DNA from: Camelus ferus
Lineage: Eukaryota
Direction: 5' to 3'
DNA: 64,000 nt
Assembly: GCF_009834535.1 (NCBI RefSeq)
Contig: NC_045697.1
Coordinates: 108,192,001 to 108,256,000, forward strand
Position numbers and translations under genes: made by a program. This document shows positions 11,896 to 25,999 of the stretch, piece after piece. Under the pieces are notes generated by a model. The model worked only from the letters and a program-made list of their open reading frames with translations. It had not been told where the DNA came from and did no database searches. Each line of letters begins with the position of its first letter. Position 1 is the first letter of the stretch.

Positions 11896-12379
11896 TTTTC
11901 ACAAATGCCCCAAATTCCTGCGATTTGAGAAAACTTTGTCTGGTCCCCTGGGTCTTCAACTCCCTTTCAGTGATAAGCTTCCCAGATGAGGATGTGCTTC
12001 TCCTCAATGTATTTCCTCATCAGCCACTCTCTCTTTAACTCCCTGCATTGTGGTCTTTATCCCCATTGTTTAATTATATTATGAGAGATCACCAGTCCCT
12101 CTTCCTTCAGCCCTCATTTCTTGGGTCCATGGCAGGTCCTGAACAGGTCATCCTCCTTTCCTGAGGACACTCTCTTCTCCTGGGTGGATGTCATCACTCA
12201 GCACTTTTCCTGGTCCCCCTCACCCCTCTCCATCCTCTCCTCCTCTTGCTGGTCCTTACCTGTGGGTGATTCCCCAAACTCCAACCATGGGCCTCTTCTT
12301 CTCTGGTTTTACATTCTTTGCATTGAAGAACTCATTGATTTTCATGTCTTTGAATATTACCTCTGTGCTCCCAACCCCT

Positions 12380-12570
12380 GGCAAGAGCATGGGTTAGAAG
12401 TCAGGCAGAACCTGGCTCTGCCACTTCCCTTGGACAAATTACTGTAATTCCCCGAGCTTCACTTTCATCTGCAAGGGTGGGATAATGTAGCACATCTACC
12501 CCAATTATAGGAAGGATTACACGAAAACGTTAGTGAAAGTGTTGGGTCCAAGAAAAGTACTCAATAGATC
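12380..12570 (+). mobile_element. MIR (adjacent to an L2 fragment at ~12030-12380)
   Basis: tggctctgccacttcc...ttcatctgcaagg...gataat...aggattac. Confidence 0.6.
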
Positions 12571-13059
12571 TTCGTGTCTCCTTAACACTTGCAGTCCTGC
12601 ATTTCACCTGAAGGTCTCTCATTCACGTATATAATTCATTCATTATCCCTTGAACAACTCAGACACCTCCTATGTGTTAGATACAGCACCAGGTTTTGGG
12701 GATAGAGACAGAAATAAGGCTGACCCTTCAAGAGATCGAAGTAGAGTGGATATTTCCACTGTGTGCACGAGGCAATTAACTAAAGGCAATGTTCTAACAA
12801 ACACCTAATTCTTTTTTATGCAAATACAAAGGCAGGAATCAAGCTTTGTTAGTCATTTGTCTTTCCATGGACATTGAGTCTTTATTAAGTCTAAAAGTCA
12901 GATAGGCATGGCTCACGTGTGGTGTAGGGTGGCTCTGAGGTCTGAATGGATGCCCCACGAGGGAAGGAGACAGCCCCCCACTCACTGAACACAATTGTAG
13001 CATATTACTGCATGGTTGCTTATGTGTGCCTGCCAAGTGGGTTCACATCCTTTATTTTT

Positions 13060-13742
13060 AGTCAAACTAACTCACCCAAGATGAACAAATGGCTTAAAAA
13101 GTTTCCTACAATAAAACTGAATTGAAGATAATTCTCATAATGAGGGTGATTTTCTAATTTGTCATTCAAATGGGGACTCTTTGAGAGGAAAAGAGGCCCT
13201 CTCAATCGCCATACCAGGAAATCGGTGTGAACTGGAAATATCCTAAGCAAATCAGAACATGTGTTTACCCTACTAAGACTACAAGCACAAGGAAACAATA
13301 AGAAGACTGCAGAGCTGACACTCCTTCAGATACAAGCTTTCTATCAGGCACATTCAAGGCAAAAAAAAAAATTATAATATAAAAACATCTGACAAGAAGC
13401 TAAACAAAATATTTTAAGATTATTAAAAAGGATATTTGAAATATGAATTCATATTTATCCTCATTCACAATAAACATCACCCTTAGAGTTGACTACTTTT
13501 TGGATTTGCATTAACTTTCAAATGAAGTCATCATGTTAGCAAAATCTTTTAAAATACTGTCTTTTTCATCTTTATCTTCTATTTTTCATTTTAATTTTTA
13601 TCTATATTTTGTAAAGTATATACTCTGTAGTATAGTATTATATGTACATAATTTCATAATAGATAATAATAATAAATAATGGCAAAAAAAATTTTTGGCT
13701 GACAAGGCTACATGATGAAAAATACTTGAAGACCATTGGTCT
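13060..13742. mobile_element. hAT-Charlie type DNA transposon remnant
   Basis: AT-rich; ends atgaaaaatacttgaagaccattggtcta, resembling a Charlie/MER terminus. Confidence 0.35.
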
Positions 13743-16700
13743 ACAGAGTGCCCTTAGTACCAGCCTAACTGGAGTCCCCTGGCCCTGCGTTGTGGGATCC
13801 AATATTCTAAAGTCCCTCTGAACTCACCAAGTTCAAGATGGAATACATCCTTTCCCGCCAGCAGAACCACTTTTGACGGCCCATTGTCCCTCACTGATAG
13901 CTCCAATTTCCAAGTTCAAGGCTTTTAAGGGAATTTTGACTGTGCCTTTTTCAAGGCCATTCCCCCAATACCCACTCATTCTTCAGGTTTCTTCCTCCTT
14001 CATTTATTTCCATCCTGTCCGTTTCCTCCAGCCTCTCATCACATCTCTCCTAGCTTGTGATTATAATTTCCCAACAGCTCCCCTCTCTCCGAGCTCACCC
14101 ATCCAATCGTTTATGGGCTCTGCAGCCACATTCATCTTTCCTCACCGCTAGGGTCATTCTCTTCCTCCCCCAACCCTAACTCAAAACGCACAATAATAAG
14201 TCTTTCACCCCCTCGAATTTGAAGATTCTTGCAAGTCTTGAAGCAGAATTGCCAGACCTTCTATAATCGAACCCCACCCTTTCATTTGATTTATTTAGTC
14301 AAAAAAAGATATTGTTTAAGCATCTCCTTTATTCTAAACACTGCATGGGTCACTAGACATATGTTAGTGAGTAACAGAACAGCAACAATTTATGAAGTGC
14401 CCGCTGTGTGACACACACTGGGCTGGTGGTGAACAAGATAACACAGTCCCTTCTCACAAGGGCTCATTCTTTCTATCAGATCTAAATATTTGACTACCCC
14501 CCTCTTCTTTAAATCCTTCAGCCAAAATTCTTCATTCCTTACAAACATGCTAGATTCATTTCCTGGTTCTGAACAGGGTCCGCCACTGCCTCCCGGTCCC
14601 ACTACCACTGAGCCACCACATTTGTCCATCCTTTAAAGTACCACTCATTCCCTGTAACCCTTGTGGAGTTCTCCCTGACTGCCAACCCTTATTCATTTCT
14701 TCCCTCCAAGGCCCTATACCACGGTGTGCACGCGCCCATTCTATTACAGAAGCTATATGCACGCGTAGGGTCTTCCCACTTAGCCTGCAAAACTCTTGCC
14801 TTACGCTTTTGCTCCTGTAGCTGTTTGTTGCCACCACCCTACCTCTGCTGCTGTAGCTGCTCCTCAAATATGATTCAGGAGCACCGAGACTCAGTCAGTG
14901 GTCTTGTTAGGGCAGCGGATTATGGGAAGGAGTCTTTTTTTTTTCCCCCGGTATATTTTTCATATTCTCTATAATGCGGCTATATTACTTTCATAATAAA
15001 AATTGTAAATAAAAACAAATAAAATACTTTTTTAATTCAATTTAATTGAAATCCAGGAATAATTGTTCTCATTAAGTGGCTAGGCTTTGACAGTACTGGG
15101 GCTAATTAAGACCAGAGTGGAAAAATTCAAAAATGGGTATTAGCACATACCAGTGCCTCCAAATAGAAATCACTCTTTCTTGATGACAGGCCAGATTTTC
15201 TGGGGCACAGCTAATTTTGCCCTAGTTCTGGATTTCCTAGAACACCTTCCAGGGTCAGGCCAGGAGCAGTTGTCAGAAATATCTCATATCAGGACTTGCT
15301 GATAGCCTGTTAGGCCTACAAAAACATATATTCAGTAAGGTTTCTAGACGTTGCTAGATGAATCTTGAAGGATTTTCACTTTCAGTCCATCTTATAAAGG
15401 TAGGTTGGGAGAAGGAAAGAGACCCAGAGTACCTGCAGGGGTTGGGCTAGACACAATGCTGGTTTCTCCCACTGCCATCAAAACAGAGGCATGCGTTGCA
15501 CAGGATAATGGATATCCTTGGTTTAACTGGCTAATATTTTAAAGTAACAGAAGTCGGGGGTGAGATAGGTGGACCTCCTGGAAAATTAACAACCAGCCTG
15601 AAATCTGCAGCTGAGCCAAGCAGGTTGGGGTGCCAGTGTGGAATGAATAGCATCCCTGCAAAGGAGATAGACACTTTTCCTCAACCACCAATCGCCTCCA
15701 CCTCCTGCCTCTCCCAGTGACTAATTGAGCAGTGAGTTTTATTGCTTCGATCATTTATGTCATATCATTTTATCTCTCTCCCACTTAACTCTCCCTGGTC
15801 TGTGAAGGGCAGTTTTGATATCCAGCCCTGTTGAAAGCTGCTGGACTGGTTCAACAGACCATGCATATGGAATATTAAACTGCTGGTGCCTCTCTCCACC
15901 TTGGTTCTGCTGAAAAGAAAAACATATTTTCACTCCACTTTCCCAATAAAGACAGCCCAGAACATTCAGCTCTTTGGGGATGTGGATAATAAACAGAGGA
16001 GGCAGAGAAGCTTAGGGGACCACAGGACAGGCTGCATTTCTGCTCAGATGTTCTTTGCTTTAAGATCATATCATGGGGGTGTGAAGGGTTTAGGAGTGGA
16101 AAACTTCTGGATCATACAAAATAAACACTCCAAATGCTTTATTTCTCTGAAGAGGTGTGACGATCACATTTGGGAGGGAAGTTGTCCCAGATGATAAATG
16201 CTCATTCTGTTCCAGTTCCCACCTCTTCTTACTCCTACAGCAGAGGAAATGTTAGCCATGCTCTAATGCGCAGCACTACTGTAAACACCTCTCTTCAGTC
16301 AGTTCCAACTGCAGAATGAACTCTGGTGAGAACAAGATAACATGGGGAAATCAAGTGTCCAAGGACTGCAGATTTCAGCATCTTCCCCCGTACTGTCTGA
16401 GCAAAAGGGCTTCCACGGAGTGGAGAGGCCTCCAAGCGTGAATCCAATTCAGGATAAACAAGGCAAGCTGCCAGTGGCCTTCTCTTTCCCCAACAGGGTT
16501 ACATAAGCACCTTCCCGCTTTTACAAAAATTAGAAACTCTATTGATTTAGTGCTCACCGTGCCGCTGTGTGATTTATGATCCAGAAGATGTCTGATGGGG
16601 TTCAGGCTGCTTTGTGAGGGTCCAGGCCAAAAACACAATGAAGAAATGTAGAAGGCACTTTCCTCATTTACAGATAAGCCTCTGAAAATCTCATCCTTGT

Positions 16701-17034
16701 CTCTAAATTCACCTCTGCTTTGCTTAAAGCCCCCTTTAGATAAATCAAGGGAGAAATTAAACTTCAGATTTGACCACTTCCTCTGCAAATGTTTATTTCT
16801 TTGGAACAGAAATACCATCACAGCTGCCTTATTCTGTTTTCTGATGATCTCTTCAACTCTTTCCATCCTTCTGGTTGAGTTATGTAAGTTCTTGATGTAC
16901 TATTGCTTATTTCAACCAACATTTATTGGACATCTGTTTTATGCCAGTACCATGATATATTTATGAAACTAGCAAAAATGAATGCATGAAAACTTACAGT
17001 CCTTCCTTCAAAGAGCTGTCAGTATAGTAGGTGT

Positions 17035-17487
17035 GTAGCAGAAATGGATAGCTGTATAACAGACTTCATGCAACCCTTCCATAATGTAGAATGTCATTAG
17101 AAGGTAGCTGCTCATCCAAGGACCACATATCCTAACTTCTCTGCACCCAGGTGGAGTCATGTGACTATTTCTAGTTCTAAATGTGAGCAGACATGTTGGT
17201 TGTCTTCCAGCCCTAGCCCATCACCACTCCCCCCCATGCTCTCTTCCTCTACTGTCTGGGCAGAATGAAGATGAGCCCCAGGGGAGCCTTGGAAACCATG
17301 TACTGAAAATGGCAAACTTCCATCAGCCTGGATCCCCAAATGATTGTATGGAGGAAGGATACTGGCTGACTTATTCACCTGCCCTGTGCAGTTATAACAT
17401 AACAAGAAATACACCTCTACGGTGTTTGAGCCAGTATGTATTTTCTAGGTCTGTTAATTTCAGCAGTTATCCTACCCTATCTAATAC
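17035..17487 (+). mobile_element. MLT1 (MaLR) solo LTR
   Basis: tgtagcag start; catgtgactatttct; aaatacacctct...ttgagcca; ends ctaataca. Confidence 0.75.
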
Positions 17488-19392
17488 AAGGAATAAACTG
17501 ATGTATCCAAATAAGAATAACTCAGCATTGTGAACAGAGGGTTGGGGAAAAGCATGGAAGTAGCTAAGTTTCCAAATTGGAACAATTTTGCAGTGAAAAC
17601 CCTGGTCCAGGAGCAGCATCTTTATATTAAAGGGGCATAATGGGCAAGGACATCAAAATGGAATAAAGGAATCCTCCTCTTTAGTTCAAAATTATGTTTC
17701 CTAATGTGTTAATAGATATTATAAGTCAAATAGGTTGGAATAACTGGATTAAACAAAGCTCTATAGATGTCTTCCTCTTGATATTCCACTATGCACCGGC
17801 TCAACGCTGCTTAAAATCTTCCAGTAACTGCCTGTTCTAATCATAAAAGCCAAAGTCCTTACCATGGTTTACAAGACCTTACATGATCTGTCTCTGCCTT
17901 TTCTCCAACCTTACCTTATGCTATGACCAGGCATTGAATGACTTGTTCATCACTGTATCCCTAACACTTAGGAAATAAATTGTGGAAGCGTTTCCCAAAC
18001 TTACTTGATCAAGGAATTCTAATTTGAAGAGCATCTTGGAAACTAGTATTTTTGGGGGGGGGGGAACACGTTTTAGAAACTGCTGGTTTCAAGGAAAGCC
18101 TAAATCTTTAGGGAACCAGCCCTAAATATTTCCCCATAATTTCATGTGGATTCAGAAACACACACAAACACAAAGAAGAATGGTAGTTCATCTTATCAGG
18201 CATTGGGGATAAAGAAGTATCCTTTGCTGCTGTGTGTGGAAGACTTTGGGAGCAACATGAAAAGAGCTTCATAAAGTGAATGGAAAATAGATAGCTAGAC
18301 TCTTCATGACTTCTTTGCTTCTCTCCTCATCTGCCAAGGTATTGACGGTGATGCCAGGTCAAAGAACTCCCATTGGGCTTAGTGGCCAAGTGTCAACTGC
18401 ACATAGCTGATTTAATCTCTTGAAATTCATCAAAGATCTGACCTGCCATTTGATTTTGAACCAGTTGAGTTATTATCAGTGGCTTTCCTATGGAAAAGTA
18501 GAGTAGATTCAGCTTTAGTGAACCTCCACCTTCCTTTCCATTTTCCATCACTTCCTTCCTGCTCTCCAAAGTAGGTAGGGCTCACCTTCCGCACCTGTCG
18601 TCCTGCAGGGAGTTTGGCATTTGCTGAGAAGTCAGGTGAGTTTTCTCCTCACCATTATCATCCATTGAGCATTTGCTCACTTCCTTTAAGGCTCTGACTG
18701 CTGTACGTCTCTGTAGAGCAACCCCTTGAGAGGCTGGCATCTTAAGGTCAAAGAAATGAGGGAACAGTGCAGTTAATCACACGCAACTCCTATCTGTTAA
18801 TAAACAATGTAAATGGAATGGAATTCATCATTTGCGTTTGGAGACACAACGGTTAAGTGCTTTGTCCCACCCTACAAATCAAGACACTGTCAGAGCCCAG
18901 CATGGAAAAGAGAAAATTGACAGGTCTCTTTTCAACCCACCCAACACCTTCTCTTTCCACATTCCTCCACAGTAGAAGTCAGCAAGTGGCAGTTAGAGAA
19001 AAACTTCAAGCACCCAGAGCAATTGATGGATGTTTGAAGTAAAACTATGAGAGTCCAAGTAGAAATGTTCAGTCAACAGATTCCAATCTTCACCATATCG
19101 AAAGGCATGTTTGATTTGCTAAATTTCATCCCATCCCATATAAAACAAATGGGTGCCATTTAAAGAAAGTGTTTCAAAATTCTCCAATAGTATAGACTCA
19201 TTCACTCCTCATTTCCAGACTTGTTAAATAAGACAGCATGCCATCTCATCACATCTGAAAGTCATTTGGGCAAGATCTAAAGAAAAATATTTCCTGGACA
19301 TTACTCTTTAATATGACTTTTCTTAAAGTGCCAAGGAGCAGAGAGAAATATGAAAAAACAGCATGGACTAGTTGGCTGTCAGCCCACTCCTG

Positions 19393-19747
19393 AACATAGT
19401 TTCCTGTGCTACACAGTAAATCCTTGTTGTTTATCTATTTTATATACAGTAGTGTGTATCTATTAATCGGAAACTCCTAATCTATTCCTTACCCCCCCTA
19501 CCTCCCCTGATAACCACAGTTTGTTTTCTAGGTCTGTGAGTCTATATCTGGCTTATGAGTAAAATTTGTATCTTTTCTTCCTTTCTTCCTTCCTTCCTTC
19601 CTTCCTTTCTTCCTTTCTTTCTTCCTTTCCTTCCTTCCTTCCTTCCTCCCTCCCTTCCTTCCTGCTTGCTTTCCACATACAAACGACATCATATGATACT
19701 TGTCTTTCTCTGTCTGACTTACTTCACTTGGTATGATCATCTCTAGG
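19393..19747 (-). mobile_element. Young LINE-1 3' fragment interrupted by a (CCTT/CTTT)n microsatellite
   Basis: LEMIIPSEVSQTEKDKYHM resembles the L1 ORF2 end; microsatellite at ~19572-19665. Confidence 0.85.
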
Positions 19748-19889
19748 TAAGCAAAGGACAAGGCTTAATCCTCAGACGGATACATTAGTTCCCAACTTGT
19801 CAGGGGCACGGAGTGCACTGTCTTGAAATCCCATTATTTCAGAGAAGATGGAGTGAGCAAGGGTGGGTGAATCAGTGGAAAGTAAACTT

Positions 19890-20340
19890 TCTCCAAACGC
19901 TGCTTCTTGTCTTTAAGATTAAGTCCAAATTCCCCAGTATAGCTGACCAGACCTGCCAGGATCTGGCCTTGGTCAATATTTCCAGCCTCATCTTTCATCA
20001 CTCTCTCATATAACCCTGGGCTCCAGCCTCAATGCTGTGCTTGAGGTTGCTAGAATGTTCCAGGCCCTTTCTTTCCCTCTCTGACTTTTATATAAGTTTT
20101 TTGCAGTTGCTGGGAATTCCTCAAGGAATGTACAAATGTTCTTTACTCTGGGAAGCATGCCAGGCAGAGTTAAGGGCTTCCACTTTTGTGTACCCATGGT
20201 ACCTTAAAATATACTTTTTTATAGCATAACCTATTTTAGAGATTCTGTGTTTACATGTTTCTTTTCTCTTAAATTGGGAGCTCCTAGAGGGGACTGGGCT
20301 TGGCACAATACAGGTGCCCAACAAATGTTTGCTAAATGGA
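19890..20340 (+). mobile_element. L2 fragment
   Basis: aagtccaaattcc...gatctggcc...gagctcctagagg...tggcacaatacaggtgcccaacaaatgtttg. Confidence 0.6.
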
Positions 20341-22856
20341 GGATCTGACTATTAGAAATACAATCTAAAGTGCATTCCCTGCGAAGAGTGGGCTGGAAGT
20401 CTTATCTTTCCTGCATAATTTTATCCTTCAGTCTTACATGTTCATGTGGTACATTCTTCAGTCATGATTCTGAGAGTCTGCTAATGACTCTTTGGGATGA
20501 TATGATATAGTCTTACACAGTTAATACAGAAAAAACCTGTTAAAAATTCCTATGGAACAGTATTTCAAATTTATTAAACAATATTCAAACTATATTTGCA
20601 TACAGTATATTTGCAAACTTTATTTGCATACAGTAGAATTGTGCACTGTATTCATGAAATTCCATTGTTTCCATCCATTAGTGAGAGATCCTGAACAAGG
20701 ACCTCTCTTTTCTTTTCACCAAGAAAAGAATGGTAAAGTAAGTTGATGATATCCCATGCCTTTTTTTTTAGCTGCAAATATGGAGGCAAGAATGTTCCTA
20801 GATGGGTTATTGCATGATTTATAATCCTCTCAGTCCTCAGAAACAAATTAAAGTCTAGCAGATGGTTCTCGGAAGCCCTGTAATGCAGTTTGTCTGTAGC
20901 TATAGTTACATGTTTCAAGAGTCAGAAACATCTTAGTGAACTGTTATTGAATTGTAGAGCTTCTCCAAGGTGCAGAAAGGCTTCTCCACCCAGAAGCATC
21001 GGCCCGAGAGGATGTGTGGCTCTGAGGCAGCCCATCCTTCCAGCTCATTTCCTGGCAGGTGTTTTCCCACTGCCTGAGGCTCCCCTTCCCAGGCAGCCCT
21101 CGTCTCAAGGAACAAACCACAGAAGCAGCCTTGGTCCCATTTGATGGATGAGTCTTGACATGGAGTAACTGATCCCCCTAGAAGGTATATTCCACGAAGA
21201 GACAGGTTTTGTTGGTTTTATTCACAGAAATATCCCAGGCTCTGAAAGAGTGTGGGCATGCAGTAGGCATACAATATGTGTAGAATGAATGAGTGAATAA
21301 AAGATTCTGAGAGTCGGACTTCTTGGCGTGCCTCTGTGTGACCATTGTGAGTTCCCCAAGCACTGAGAAATTCTTGTCAGAGGGACAGCATCAGTGGGGG
21401 TGGGCCTGAGTTCTAAAGGCTGTGGGTCAGCTCCTCTCTCCCCACCTTGTGCTCAGCCCGGTTCTTGCCTAGGGTCCCAGTCAAGTCTCCTTCCCCTGTT
21501 GGACATCCACACACCCTTTTCAGGTATATACCCCTAAGAAAGCAGTTTGTTTCTCTAGGGCTGGAGATGGCTGCTCTTTGCTTTGTCTGTTCATTGAACT
21601 TCTATATTCCACAATCCATGCCTCCGCTCTGGGGTGTAGTGGCAGGTCCTGGTCCTTCCTCAAAGCCCCGCCTCCCAGTGAGTAAAAGCCATCCCTGTCC
21701 AGTAAGTCCTGAGCTCTAATAAGTTCCGAGAAAAAATAAGAGCCCACTGATGCCTTGGTGCTGAAGCAAATGAGGTCCTCTGAGAGAATTATGGGTGCAT
21801 CTCTAACTGGACACTCGAGCTGTAGCTCTTCATCCATTGGTATATTTTTCTGATTCTAGCTCTTTGCTTGAAGCACAAAATCCCAAGCCCCAGAAGACTC
21901 ACCTTCTTCCCTTCAATGGTGCTTTTCAGACAAGACTCTTTGGAGATTACCAAGGGTCATTTTCATCAAAATGAAAGACATCTCTTATTATGATGGCTTT
22001 GCTGACAAATAATTAAGATGAATTACTAGCCTGTACTTGTCCCAGCTGCCTCATTGATGTCCATTTGGAGTAGGTATATGAAACTCACAGTCCATGCCTC
22101 AGCTCTTTAAAAGCAATTTATAACCTAACTCACCATCCTAACTACCTGAGAAGATTTTAATCCTGAACCTGTCACCACCCATTATTTTCACCAGGTCCTG
22201 ACAGTTCTACATTAAAACAGTTTATAAGTAAAAGTTAACAAGGCCTAGAGAGAGTGATTTATGTTTCAGTGTGTCAAACAGTCAACATTCTTTCCCTGGC
22301 CAAAGATAGCCCAGAGCTCTCTGCGGTCGGAGAGAAGGAAATTATCCCACAAAGATGAATGGCGCGTGCCTTCGGGCAGGTGGCTGATGTGTGGTGCTGG
22401 GCCCGAGGCCCGGGCGTCAAGCAAAGCTGGTGAATAAAAGGAACAAACTGCAGCCCTGTCCTCCCCATCATCCCCCAGCCTTTCTGGCATCACCACCCTC
22501 CTGGGTCTCCATCAGTCCTCAGGTATTTGGCAGTATGAAGGAAGTGTGAGCTTTCGCCTGTGTAGAATGTTGATGACTCAGAAAGCCCCCTTGATTCCTC
22601 ATTGCCCACGGCGAGGTGTTACCAAACTGTCCTGTTTGCCACTGACAAATATGGATGCTGAGTCAGAGGACGTAGGAGAGGTATTCATGTAGTTGATACC
22701 CCGCCCACCCCGCCGCTGAAACCCAACACTGCAGAGAAGGTAAAACAGGCTGATGCTTTCCTCAACCCTGCCTTCCTGCCCCGGTGAGCTGGTTAACACC
22801 TTCACCTTCGGAGAAGCTGTCCTTTCTGTAAGAGGACGCCCCTCTCCCACCCCAGT

Positions 22857-23270
22857 GGTATAAGCTTTCCAGAGCTGCTGCAACAAAATACCACGCACTG
22901 GGTGGCTTACACAGCAGAAGTGAGTTTTCTCACTGTTCCAGAGGCTGGAGATCTAAGATGGAGGTGTCTGCAGGTTTAGTTTCTTCTGAGGCCTCTCCCC
23001 TCAGCTTGCAGACGGCTGCCTTCCCCCTGTGTGTTCACATCGACTTCCTCTCTGCGCACGCACACCCCTAGTGTCTTTCTGTGGGTCCAAATTTCCTCTT
23101 CTCATAAGGACATCCGTCAGATTGGATTAGGGACCCCAACTAACAGCCTCATTTTAACTTAATCATTTCTTGAAAGGCCCTTTCTCCAAAGGAAGTCACG
23201 TTTTGCGGTATGGGGGTTAGGGCTTCCACACGTGAATCTGGCAGAGGGGACACAATTCAGCCCATTGCAA
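22857..23270 (-). mobile_element. MLT1A/B-like MaLR solo LTR
   Basis: gctgctgcaacaaaataccac...ctgggtggctta...gcaggtttagtttcttctgaggcctctc...cacaattcagccc. Confidence 0.85.
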
Positions 23271-23801
23271 AAACACTCCGGCTGAAAACACCTTCAGAGG
23301 AAGGAGGTCGAGGTTTCTCTGACTTGATATGGCCAAGATCATCCCATTTTGAGGCATAACAGACAACCCATCTTGAAAAAGGAAACAGAAATGCCGTCTT
23401 CAGGAAGCTATCAGAGCAGCTACAAGCAGCTTAGTAAACGAACGCCTCTCCAAGACATGAATTGTTTCCTTCCTTTAGTGCACTGTTGATCAAATTTCTC
23501 TCCTCTTTTTAAAGATGGGGACTCTTCCTTTCTGGTTTTCTTCAAGTGCATCATTAGGGCGACATCCTCTCGTTGCCACGGCTGCGTTCCATTTTGGGTC
23601 CCCAAGTTCTAAATGCGAACAGAAACTAATTTGGAGCGCTCGGTCCGAGGCTGGTATGGCAGATATTTCTCCATCCATTATTCTGAGTTATAATAAGCGG
23701 GTGTGATTGGAGCTGCTCCCAAGATAAGCAGGCCATAATATTTTCACAGTCACCATGATCACAGACTAAGATAAGAGGCCCACGTGCTATTTTTACTCCC
23801 T

Positions 23802-23835
<34 letters not shown>

Positions 23836-25999
23836 CCTGGCATTAAACACAAGGAACACAAGTGAAAAACAAACTGCCTCAGCCCCTGCAGCAGAATACA
23901 GCACGTCCAACCTCTTTCTCTGTTTTTCAGGCAGGCTCTGATGTTCCTCCAGGATGGCATAGATCTTATTGAGGTGATTTGGTACCGAGGAGATGCCTCT
24001 TAATTGTGTTTGCAGCCCAGAGCAGAAAGCATGCCCATTCGAGGTACTTGTTGTATCATTTTTAAATCAAGGCCATCTTTTTCTCAGTGGTAAACGTGAA
24101 ATGTTTTTAAAGGCCAGACTTAGCATAAAATCTATTGGTTGCCATGGATACCAGTTACCACACAGGACTGCGCTCTGTGTTCAACTGTGTGATTTTCTCT
24201 ATTCAAAGGTTCAGCGTTGTCAAAAAAAAAAAACAAAACAAAACAAAAACACAACAACCCAAATTACTTTTTCTGTTGTTTATCTCCAAGTTCATTATGG
24301 GGAAGGCAATAAATAAGAAGATATTCACGTATGGAGGGGAGCCATGTAGGGAGTCACTTGGGCGCTCTGCCTCAAAAATTCAGTATTTTACAATAATTAT
24401 AGCCAAATTGGCTATTGTTAGGAAATAAAATGCATTTTGATCTTTTTTGTGTGTGTGAATATAAAGTAAAGCAGGTACTTGGAAGTCTGCTCCCAACAAA
24501 ATTACATGGTAATAAGGCTTTTCACACCTACACAGCACTTAGTAAGAAACTCTGAAAGAGGGAGATTTAGCTCTGATAGGTTTCAGACTTGGTATCCGAG
24601 GCTCCTGGCTTTCCTCTTTATGAGAGAAAATGTGGGTTCAGGACCTCGTGCTCACTGAATTATTCATGCCATCTTTCTACCACGTATCTTTAGGGTTGAA
24701 ACCTGTTAGGCTGCTAGGATTAAGCGCACTGGTCCATCCCACTCCCACATTGCCCCGGCACCCTCACGGCCCGCATGGTCCCCAGCGCCCGGTCCCCAGC
24801 GCCCTGCTAATTAGCTTGAACGTTTGCAGTTGGCAACTCCTTCCAAGTCCCACTTCTTTTTCAAGTCCCACCTCCACTCCTCAAAAAAAAAAAAAAAAAC
24901 CCAAAAAAAGTAGGAAAAAGAATTGACAGAAGTAGCAAGAGGGAGTTTCGCACATGACTGGAGGGTACTCAAAGATAATTTGATGTCAGCAAGTTCCCAT
25001 TGGCGGAAGCCGGCAGTGTTTTCCTAGCAGTCCCAATTAATCAAGGAATGCCCTGTACGTTGACTTGTTACTTCTTTAAGATGCTCTAGGGTCACCTCTC
25101 CAACATTTTCCAACTCCTTGATTCGGGTGATTTGCATGACAATGAGGTAAAGGGGAGACCCTAATGAAGGCATCTGTTTTTGAATGTGCTCCTAAGTACT
25201 GGATGCCCGTAATAACAGCCTGAGGGGAGATGGAATTCTCCTTTGGGTTCACCAGAAAGCAGCACACTGATGCCTGCTAATATGCAAATTCAAACTTGTC
25301 ACCAACATTAAGCCTGTAGCTGGTAGGGATGTCGAGGCCGCAGTGCAATAGTCAAATTGCTGCCCTGGGAAAACTCACTTGTAGGATGCACTGCAATTAA
25401 TTTACATCTGGCAAACACAAACACAAGGCAAAATGAAAGCGAGAATGCTCCAGGAAAGTGCAAGGGGTATTGATAATCACGTGTACTCACTCGCCCAGGT
25501 GGGAAACTTGCTGAGTGTGACCTGCAGTTTCAGCCTCCCACCCAAGAAACAGAGGAGAGCTCCCTGAACCAGGAGCTTTGCTTGCAGGAAATCAGAAGAG
25601 ATGGCTCATTGAAGGTAGGGTCATGATCCGTTTTGCTCATCAGTGTATTCTACTGCCTAGAACATTGGCCAGCACACAGTAGGTACACAAGAAATCTTTG
25701 TTATTGAGATAAGCAGTAGGTGGTTCTCAAGAGGTAGTTGCATCAATTGCTGTCTTTCTTGCAAATAATGAACACCAACTCTCATTAGCTTGAGCAGAGA
25801 GGGGAGAGGCAGCTGTGCACTGGGGAAAGGTGAAAAATCAGGCAGGAATTAGCGCAGTTCCGAGAGCCTAGGTGACAGGCTCTGCCACTGGGGAGGATTG
25901 GCTCCAACCATTTTCGTGCTTCTTGGCACTCTGCTCAAAATTAAAATTTCTAGGGAGCGTGTTTGAAGGAGAGAGTCCTTTACCCAGCTTGGATTATGT

